This document shows positions 9,066 through 16,766 of a DNA stretch of 64,000 nt, piece by piece. The DNA comes from Anaerolineales bacterium. GTDB taxonomy: Bacteria; Chloroflexota; Anaerolineae; Anaerolineales; Villigracilaceae. Position 1 is the first letter of the stretch; each line of letters starts with the position of its first letter. The translations under genes were made by a program, and so were the position numbers. Location of the stretch: NCBI GenBank assembly GCA_017882145.1, contig JADGQB010000001.1, forward strand, positions 144 to 64,143, given 5' to 3'. Below the pieces are notes generated by a model, which was not told the DNA's origin, did no database searches, and was given only the letters and a program-made list of their open reading frames with translations.

Positions 9066-11723
9066 GTGATTTATAATTCATTGAAATGTCATGAAATTAG
9101 TGCCATGAGAATGCAGAGAAACCAAGTAGATATTCAACTCAAAGAAACCTGCCAATTAACGGGGGCTATCTGGGCTATTTGGTTGGAACATAGCAATGAT
9201 TGGGAAATCCTGGCCGCTTATAAACTAAAAGCTCAAGTACGCTCCACCCTAATGCAATACATTAAGATGGCCGTCATCGAGGGTTGGTTGAACGGGGCAT
9301 TAACTGGCAAGCGTAGTCGATCGCGTTCAATTTCGCAATCGAGCGGGCTTTCAGGCGCCAAGCTTTACGTTTTCCCTGACCAGATGACACAAAGGGTGAT
9401 ATTAGTCGGGGCGGATGAACTTTCAGATGTTGCCCAGCGTTTTTGGCGGGTGGTCGCAATGGGGAATTCCAACCGTTCGCTTCTGGAACCGCCGAATGTA
9501 CCCTTATTATCCTTACCTGACCTGGGTATCCCCTATTTTTTGCCTGAAGTCCTGAACCGGGTTCTAGAATTGGTATTGCAGACGGCGGCAAGCAAGTCAG
9601 GTTGGCTGGCCATCCGTGCTGGTGATTTTTTCGAGATCAAAGCCCACCAAAATTGTGAAAAGGTCGCTGAAGAGCGGATTTCCATCGATGCAAATCCGCT
9701 TTTGCGCGAGATCGTGAAAACACGCCAGGCGCGATTAGTGGCACGAGGTGAGATTGAATGGGCAATGGTGCCTCGTACAGGATTTAAAAAATCTCCCAAG
9801 ATCTGGGCCGGTTTACCACTCATAATCGGGCAGCGTTTGATAGGGTTGATCGCATTTTGGCGGGACTTTCAGATTCTGCCGGAAGAATGGAGTGGATTAC
9901 AGCAACTGGCCAGGAGAGTCGCTCCATCAGTAGAAGCAAGCATAACATTTTCCGACCTTACAGCTCATCTGGGCCGCATGGCTCTTTTAAACGATTTTGC
10001 GGTAACCATAACTTCAGCACTTGAACCGGAACAGATAGCCCAGAGAATGTTTGCGTTATTGCAGCGGGCTTTTGGTACTGAGCGAATCACCATGGTTGTA
10101 CTGGCTCCGGATGGAAACAGCCAGCAAAATTACACCAACCATGACGGGATCATTGTTTTGCAGACAAAGTCAATTGATGACGAAGCTGTTCCCAATTTGA
10201 TCGGGAATGGCGAATTTCAAAAAGTGGATCTAATTACGCCAGAGTCAGGATATTTGCCCGTTTATTCTGGATCTCGTTCTGCCCTGGTCATCCCCATGAA
10301 ATACAGACGGCAGTTGATCGGGATGTTGGGATTGGAAAGTGCAGCGGATGGCGCTTTTACGGTATATGATGAGCATTTGTTGATTGTTATAGCCAGCCAC
10401 CTAGCTGGCTTGCTTGAAAATGGACGCTTACGGCGTGAGGCAGAGAGCAGGGCTCGTAATCTAAAATTGATACATGAAGTAATCGAGCAAGTAATCGGTC
10501 TAACCGACCTTCGGGAAGTCAGCCAAATCGCAGCCGAATTGTTGGCACGCAATTTTGCTTATGAGCTGGCTGTAATTGCTCTATTTAATAGTGCTGATAG
10601 GAATATGACTGTCGTAGGGATTGGTGGCAATGCAGCGGATCTCGTGCAACAAGGCTTGAGCTACATGGATGAGACAAGAAAAGACGGCATAGTTCTGCGT
10701 GTAGCTATAACCGGTGAGAATATGCTGGTCAATGATGTTTCTTTAAGCCCATTTTATCGCCCAATCCCGAATTGGGACGCCAGATCGGAGATGTGCGTGG
10801 CCCTCAAGGATGGCGATCAAACCATAGGCGTGATTGATGTTGAAAGCCAAAGGAAAAACGCATTTTCGCAGAACGACTTGATTGTGCTGGAATCGCTGGC
10901 AGGAATCCTGTCAAGTGTTATGACAAGCGCCGGGCAGTATCAGAAATTGCAGGCGATTGTAGACCAGTTGAGGGCCGCGCGTGAGGAACTTCAGGAACGT
11001 AATATTGCACAACGCATGGCTGAGAGCCGGCTGGTTCAGGCGGCAAAGCTGGCAGCTGTGGGTGAAATGGCGGCAGGGATAGCCCACGAGTTGAACAACC
11101 CTCTGACGACAGTATCTGGTTTCACCGAATTGGTATTGGAAGAGCTTCCGGATGGATCTGGTGTCAGAAATGATTTGGAACTGGTATTGCGGGAAACACA
11201 AAGAGCGCGCAGTGTCGTACGGCGCCTGCTCGACTTCGCCCGTCAGAGCGAAAGTGCACGCGTACGCTCCGATATAAACGAAATCCTTCTGGATGTGCTG
11301 ACCCTGGTGAACCATCTATTACGCACCAGTGGAATTCAAGCGGTTACCGAACTGTGTGAGGGGCTTCCATGGATATCTGTTGATCGTAACCAGATGAAGC
11401 AGGTTATTCTCAATTTGATCCATAATGCATTGCATGCAATGCCAACGGGAGGTGAGCTTCACATGAAGACTGAGCGCCGATTCCGCGACGGGCGTGACTG
11501 GTTGACGATAAGCCTGAAGGATACCGGGACCGGCATCGCCCCGGAAAATCTCGAACGCGTATTTGAGCCATTTTTCACCACACGTTCGAAAGATGGCGGA
11601 ACCGGACTTGGCCTTTCAGTAACATATGGTATCGTCACAGATCACGGTGGTTTAATTGATGTCGACAGCCAGGTTGGCAAGGGTTCTGTATTTACCGTCT
11701 GGCTCCCAGTTGAGGTGGAATGA
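9066..11723 (+). CDS. Multi-GAF sensor histidine kinase
   Basis: 885 aa with several GAF-like modules, then H-box GEMAAGIAHELNNPLTTV and HATPase motifs (NLIHNALHAM, DTGTGI, GTGLGLSVTYGIV). The exact start is uncertain (alternative Met codons at 9105/9111). Confidence 0.8.
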   Translation: MIYNSLKCHEISAMRMQRNQVDIQLKETCQLTGAIWAIWLEHSNDWEILAAYKLKAQVRSTLMQYIKMAVIEGWLNGALTGKRSRSRSISQSSGLSGAKLYVFPDQMTQRVILVGADELSDVAQRFWRVVAMGNSNRSLLEPPNVPLLSLPDLGIPYFLPEVLNRVLELVLQTAASKSGWLAIRAGDFFEIKAHQNCEKVAEERISIDANPLLREIVKTRQARLVARGEIEWAMVPRTGFKKSPKIWAGLPLIIGQRLIGLIAFWRDFQILPEEWSGLQQLARRVAPSVEASITFSDLTAHLGRMALLNDFAVTITSALEPEQIAQRMFALLQRAFGTERITMVVLAPDGNSQQNYTNHDGIIVLQTKSIDDEAVPNLIGNGEFQKVDLITPESGYLPVYSGSRSALVIPMKYRRQLIGMLGLESAADGAFTVYDEHLLIVIASHLAGLLENGRLRREAESRARNLKLIHEVIEQVIGLTDLREVSQIAAELLARNFAYELAVIALFNSADRNMTVVGIGGNAADLVQQGLSYMDETRKDGIVLRVAITGENMLVNDVSLSPFYRPIPNWDARSEMCVALKDGDQTIGVIDVESQRKNAFSQNDLIVLESLAGILSSVMTSAGQYQKLQAIVDQLRAAREELQERNIAQRMAESRLVQAAKLAAVGEMAAGIAHELNNPLTTVSGFTELVLEELPDGSGVRNDLELVLRETQRARSVVRRLLDFARQSESARVRSDINEILLDVLTLVNHLLRTSGIQAVTELCEGLPWISVDRNQMKQVILNLIHNALHAMPTGGELHMKTERRFRDGRDWLTISLKDTGTGIAPENLERVFEPFFTTRSKDGGTGLGLSVTYGIVTDHGGLIDVDSQVGKGSVFTVWLPVEVE

Positions 11724-13315
11724 TGGCGGCTGCGCATATCCTGATCGTGGACGACGAACCTGGCATAACCCAATTGTGTGAACGTCTCCTTAGACGAGTG
11801 GATTATGAAGTAAGCGCTTTTACTGACCCCGAAGCTGCTATGAAATACGTGACACAGGATAAGATTGACTTGCTTCTGGTTGATATCCGCATGCCCAAAA
11901 TCAGCGGTTTTGAACTGATCGATTACACCAAGCAACACCAGCCAGATGCAGCAGTGTTGGTAATGACTGGATTCGGCACAGTTGAGATGGCCATCCAGGC
12001 GCTTCACCAGGGTGTGGATGGGCTGTTACTCAAACCGTTCGAGGTTGGCGGAGAATTGGTAAAAGCTGTCAGGCAAGCTTTGGATGACAATCAAAAAAAA
12101 CGAGATATTGCGCGGATACAAGCCCTGCGACCACTTTTTGATATCATTGAATCATTCCTTGCTGAGACGCACCCGGAACACCTTTTGGAGCTTGTGTTGA
12201 ATGCCGTTTGCGGGCACCTTCGTTGCGGACATGCCGGATTCTATCAGCGCTCGCCCGATGGTAAATCCCTTGCCCTGATTTCCGGACGAGGAATAACTCT
12301 GGTGGAAGAAGAAAGCAATCCTAATGGAGGTATTGTTGGGCGTGTGGACGCGCTTAACACGCCGGTATGGGTGAATGCAACCGGACCAGGTGAACCTGAG
12401 CTAAAGGCTGCAATCGTTACCCAGGGGTTAGGTTCCGTTATGTGCGCCCCCATCTCCCGTATGGACCTCCACGGTGTTTTATATGCAGGCCAGGATGCTG
12501 CTGCCCCGGCTTTTCGTGAGGTGGAGTGGGAGATGTTTCTCCTTTTGGTCAGGCAGGCAACGGTGGCAATGGAAAATGCCCGCCTGTACGGGGAGTTGCG
12601 GGAGTACGTCCGGCGCGTGGAGGAATCGCAACAAGCGTTAATCAGGGCGGAAAAAATGGCAGCTGCGGGGAGGTTAACTGCATCGATTGCTCATGAAATC
12701 AATAACCCCTTGCAAGCCGTTCAAAACTGTCTTCATCTTGCAACGCGGGGTGAAGTGTCAGAGAAGAAAAGGCGCGAATACCTGGACCTTGCAAATATTG
12801 AATTAAACCGGCTAATGAGTACCGTGCAACGTATGTTGGATTTCTACCGTCCAGGCGCAGTGGAACCACAGCGTGTGGACCTGGCAGCGCTTATACGGCA
12901 TGTCATTAATCTGGTTTCGCCGCAAATGAAGACGCGCGGAATACGTGTCACTACAGGATTTTCATCAAAATTAACAACCATTCTCGCGGTCAACAGCCAA
13001 TTGGAACAGGTTTTTCTCAATCTTGTGCTTAATGCCTACGATGCCATGCCTGCCGGTGGTGAATTGCATATAAGTGCACGTCCGGTGCATGATACTGTAG
13101 AAATCCTCGTTCAAGACTCGGGTACCGGAGTCCCAGAGGAATTGCGCAGCCGGATTTTTGAGCCTTTTGTAAGTTCAAAACAGAGTGGGACGGGACTGGG
13201 TTTATCAGTCAGCTATGGAATTGTCTCTGCTCATGGAGGCAGTCTAGACCTTCTGCCCGATCGTGGGCCGGGGGCTTGTTTCCGGGTGATTTTGCCGATA
13301 AAGGAGGAATCATGA
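11720..13315 (+). CDS. Receiver-GAF-histidine kinase (response regulator/sensor kinase fusion)
   Basis: 531 aa. N-terminal REC (HILIVDDEP...LLLVDIRMPKISG), a GAF-like middle region, H-box ASIAHEINNPLQAV and HATPase_c. The start overlaps the upstream stop by 4 nt (ATGA). Confidence 0.85.
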   Translation: MMAAAHILIVDDEPGITQLCERLLRRVDYEVSAFTDPEAAMKYVTQDKIDLLLVDIRMPKISGFELIDYTKQHQPDAAVLVMTGFGTVEMAIQALHQGVDGLLLKPFEVGGELVKAVRQALDDNQKKRDIARIQALRPLFDIIESFLAETHPEHLLELVLNAVCGHLRCGHAGFYQRSPDGKSLALISGRGITLVEEESNPNGGIVGRVDALNTPVWVNATGPGEPELKAAIVTQGLGSVMCAPISRMDLHGVLYAGQDAAAPAFREVEWEMFLLLVRQATVAMENARLYGELREYVRRVEESQQALIRAEKMAAAGRLTASIAHEINNPLQAVQNCLHLATRGEVSEKKRREYLDLANIELNRLMSTVQRMLDFYRPGAVEPQRVDLAALIRHVINLVSPQMKTRGIRVTTGFSSKLTTILAVNSQLEQVFLNLVLNAYDAMPAGGELHISARPVHDTVEILVQDSGTGVPEELRSRIFEPFVSSKQSGTGLGLSVSYGIVSAHGGSLDLLPDRGPGACFRVILPIKEES

Positions 13316-14073
13316 ACAAAGCCAATATTCTTGTTGTTGATGATGAGCTAATCGAGAGACAGACTCTTACTGATATTCTCCGGTTGGAAGGCCATCACGT
13401 TAATTCGGTTCCCAATGGGGAGGCCGCGGTGGATTATGTACGACTAAATCCAGTGGATCTGATGGTTCTTGATTTGCGCATGCCCGGTATGAGCGGCCTG
13501 GATGTCATAAAAGTGGTTAATCGAATTTCTCCTGACATCGAGATAATCCTGCTTACGGCGCATGGTTCGATCGAATCGGCCATCGATGCGCTTAGGAGTC
13601 AGGTCCATGATTACTTGCTAAAACCCTCTTCGCCTAACCAAATTATCGATAGTGTCACACGCGGTCTGTCCCGCCGGAATGCCAAAATCGCGGAACGGGA
13701 GCACCAGCAAGCTGAGGCCAGTTCCGATGAAAATGCCGTTGTAATTTTAGGAGATGGTACGGTTGTTGATTACGGTCGCAGGTTGGTCCGTTCTGAAACC
13801 CGAACCATTAACTTAACTCCGGCTGAAGGGCGTTTGTTGCGAATATTCGTAGAAAACATCGGCAAGGTATTTACGCACCGTGAGTTGGTTCTGCTTGTCC
13901 AGGGGTACTCCACGACTCAACAGGAAGCACCCGAAATTCTCCGTCCATTGGTCAGCCGATTACGGCAGAAATTGGCAGGAATTCCATCATTGATGAAGAG
14001 GGTTGTAAGCGTGCGCGGAACAGGCTATGTATTTGAAGACAGCCGAAATTCGGAGGGCGGAAAGAGCAAGTGA
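13312..14073 (+). CDS. OmpR/PhoB-type DNA-binding response regulator
   Basis: REC (NILVVDDE...LMVLDLRMPGMSG) plus a C-terminal winged-helix Trans_reg_C (LTPAEGRLLRIFVEN...VRGTGYVF). ATG 13312 is preceded by AAGGAGG and overlaps the upstream stop. The longest ORF starts at 13276. Confidence 0.85.
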   Translation: MNKANILVVDDELIERQTLTDILRLEGHHVNSVPNGEAAVDYVRLNPVDLMVLDLRMPGMSGLDVIKVVNRISPDIEIILLTAHGSIESAIDALRSQVHDYLLKPSSPNQIIDSVTRGLSRRNAKIAEREHQQAEASSDENAVVILGDGTVVDYGRRLVRSETRTINLTPAEGRLLRIFVENIGKVFTHRELVLLVQGYSTTQQEAPEILRPLVSRLRQKLAGIPSLMKRVVSVRGTGYVFEDSRNSEGGKSK

Positions 14074-14086
14074 ATGATCCGGGCTG

Positions 14087-15040
14087 CTACTCATGCGGCC
14101 CAATTGGAAGATCGGCTGAAACTTCAGGTGGACGCAGCCAGCCAAGTAGTCCGCGAATTCGTCTTTTCTCTGGTTGGATTCTCTCAAAGCCTATCATTAT
14201 CAAACTAAGGCCCAGGAAGGATGCACCAATCCATTGGACCGAATTTAGGCTTTCGTGTAACCAAAAATGGCTTATGGTTAAGGATACAATTAATTCACTT
14301 AATCCAATCAAAGCGGTTTGAATACCGCCGAGATTTTTAATACCAAGAAAGAGCATCAACCTGGAGAAGAAAGTCACAATCGTCAATGCCAGGACGGGCG
14401 ACCAGGAAGTGCCAACTGGGGGCAGAGTGCGGTCAAATATCAGGTAGGCTGGGACAACAACCACACTCATTGCGAGGAGTGTATACAATGCCACGGTAGG
14501 CGCCGGAATATCGTAGAGTACCCGTTGATTTATTGGCAAGTGGATCGCATACATGATGGATGCGCCGAGCATCAGGATGACCCCGATCCAATCCATCTTT
14601 ATAGATCCCGACAGTGTAAGAAGAACAATTCCCAAGAGCGCAAAACCAATGCGAACATAGGTAAGCCGGGTGGGTGGTTGGCGGTCGATCACCAACCAAA
14701 TTACGAGGAACAGGGGATAGAGCGAATAAAGTAGTTGTCCTACGCTGACTGAAAGTCGGCCAAGCGAGTAATAATAGAGCAGGGAACCTAAACCATTTAG
14801 GGTGCCTGCCAACGCACAACCCAGAAGACCAGCCGGGTAAATAAATAGATATGGCCGCCGAAAAACTGCAACAAGTGCAAGAAGCAACCCTGCGGCCAGG
14901 ATGGTTCGAAACGCAACTACTGCCAATGGTGAGAAGCCAAGCGTAATAGCCTGTTTCCCAAATACAGGGGTGAGACCGAAAAATACCGCGGATGCCAACG
15001 CGGCTTCTATCCCTGTTATCCGGCCTCTCCCTTTTTTCAT
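14087..15040 (-). CDS. EamA/DMT-superfamily transporter
   Basis: 317 aa, multi-pass, EamA-like repeats. It is the last gene of the long minus-strand cluster, 22 nt downstream of the thrC-REC fusion. Confidence 0.8.
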   Translation of the reverse strand: MKKGRGRITGIEAALASAVFFGLTPVFGKQAITLGFSPLAVVAFRTILAAGLLLALVAVFRRPYLFIYPAGLLGCALAGTLNGLGSLLYYYSLGRLSVSVGQLLYSLYPLFLVIWLVIDRQPPTRLTYVRIGFALLGIVLLTLSGSIKMDWIGVILMLGASIMYAIHLPINQRVLYDIPAPTVALYTLLAMSVVVVPAYLIFDRTLPPVGTSWSPVLALTIVTFFSRLMLFLGIKNLGGIQTALIGLSELIVSLTISHFWLHESLNSVQWIGASFLGLSLIMIGFERIQPEKRRIRGLLGWLRPPEVSADLPIGPHE

Positions 15041-15062
15041 GGGATATTCCTAATTAAACACA

Positions 15063-16739
15063 TCAACCGATAAGTGTACGGACTTCATCCAGGAATTCAT
15101 CACTAAGGAAATCCCCTTTTTGCATTAAGGCCTGGATCTGCCCCTTGAGGCGATCCTTTTCTTCTGATGTGAGTTCTTTCGCAGTAGAGACAATCACTGG
15201 TATGTCGGCGGTTTCTGGCCTGGCCTTGAGTGCATCCAGAACAGCAAAACCATCCATTTCAGGCATCATCAGATCGAGGATAATAAGATCAGGATGTTCC
15301 TTTTCAACGAGATTTAGTGCTAATTTGCCGTTCTCAGCTTCGTGAATTGTAAAATTTCCTTGAGATTGCAGGATACGTCGAATAAGACGTCTTGCATCCG
15401 GACTGTCATCTACCAAGGCAATGCATGGGAAACGATCGGGTGCCACTCGACTGAGAGCAGCCAATAATCCTTCTTGGGGAGTCTCTTCCATAGAGCGCGC
15501 TGGCAAGACAACATTACGCGCCCAATTGTCGCCAAGGATGAACGGTTCCGTAGGCATCGTATGCCCAGTACAATTTATTACCACAACATCAGTTGGCTTG
15601 ACAACGCCGGCACGCACCAGTTTAAAAAGCCCGGCAATAGCGACTGCGGCGGCAGGTTCGGCAGAGATACCTTCCATTTTAGCCAACATATGCATGGCAC
15701 GGAAAGCCTCCTCATCGCTAACACTTTCGAATACGCCCTTCGTCTCATTTACTTGTTTGGAAAGGAGAGTGAATGCCCGGCCTGGATCGCCGGTTGCCAG
15801 TGTCTCGATGTGGGTACGAGGGGAGGTTACCGGAGTAGCAATATCGGCATGGTTTTTCCAGGCTGTGACCATGGGCGCGCAGCCTTCAGACTGGATAGCA
15901 GCAATAGCAGGAATCCGATCGACGAAATTCATCTTCTTTAGCTCAGAGAATCCTTTATAGACCCCCAGCGGACCCATTCCGCCACTCACCGATTGAATAT
16001 ACCAGTCAGGGGTACGCCAGATAAGGCGGGATTTGCCGTTGGCCTGGGATAGTGGACCAAGTAAGGAGGTGAGCTGTTCTGCAATCTCAAAAGCAATGGT
16101 TTTCATTGCTTCAATGGAGGTGACTGTCCGGGCACCCATATCCAAGTAGAGGTTACGCTGACGCGCGAACTCTGCTGCCACCTGTTTCGCCTGATCGTAT
16201 GAACCAGTAACCTTCACCACCTGGCTGCCGTAGATTGCTATTTCCCGCATTTTAACAGCGGGAACCAAACTGGTGACAAAAGCCCATAATTTAATGCCGG
16301 CGCGGGCACAATAGGCGGAATAGGACATGGCCACATTTCCGGTAGAAGCAGCCACCATTTCAGTAATTCCGGCTTCCTTGAGGGTAGCGATGGTAACGGC
16401 TGCCTGCCGGTCCTTGAATGAGGCCGTCGGCCCCTGGCGCTCATCTTTTATATAAATATTAGGGCATCCAAGCATCATTCCCAGGTTAACAGCCTGAATA
16501 AGGGGTGTTCCACCTTCTCCAAGCATAATAACCGGGTTGGGATTGCGAACAGGAAGAAGTTCGCGATATCGCCAAAGGTCGAAAACCCGCCCCAACAATT
16601 GCGCAGGGAGACTTTTCGAAATGGCATCATAATCGTATTCTGCCTCCCGCCATTGACTATTGCAGCGGGGGCAATTTACCGAAGTCGGAAAATATGGAGC
16701 AGTGTGGCTGCAATCGAGGCAGCGGACGACAAAGGTCAT
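15063..16739 (-). CDS. thrC: Threonine-synthase-like PLP enzyme fused to a C-terminal response-regulator receiver domain
   Basis: 558 aa. N-terminal Zn-ribbon CLDCSH...CPRCNS. PLP-lysine motif GPTASFKDRQ, then MVAASTGNVAMS and SVSGGMG. The C-terminal ~120 aa are a REC domain (IALVDDSPD...DLIILDLMMPEMDG...VSTAKE), roughly nt 15066-15431. Confidence 0.8.
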   Translation of the reverse strand: MTFVVRCLDCSHTAPYFPTSVNCPRCNSQWREAEYDYDAISKSLPAQLLGRVFDLWRYRELLPVRNPNPVIMLGEGGTPLIQAVNLGMMLGCPNIYIKDERQGPTASFKDRQAAVTIATLKEAGITEMVAASTGNVAMSYSAYCARAGIKLWAFVTSLVPAVKMREIAIYGSQVVKVTGSYDQAKQVAAEFARQRNLYLDMGARTVTSIEAMKTIAFEIAEQLTSLLGPLSQANGKSRLIWRTPDWYIQSVSGGMGPLGVYKGFSELKKMNFVDRIPAIAAIQSEGCAPMVTAWKNHADIATPVTSPRTHIETLATGDPGRAFTLLSKQVNETKGVFESVSDEEAFRAMHMLAKMEGISAEPAAAVAIAGLFKLVRAGVVKPTDVVVINCTGHTMPTEPFILGDNWARNVVLPARSMEETPQEGLLAALSRVAPDRFPCIALVDDSPDARRLIRRILQSQGNFTIHEAENGKLALNLVEKEHPDLIILDLMMPEMDGFAVLDALKARPETADIPVIVSTAKELTSEEKDRLKGQIQALMQKGDFLSDEFLDEVRTLIG

Positions 16740-16766
16740 TATTATTAGATTCCTTGGTTGATAGAA

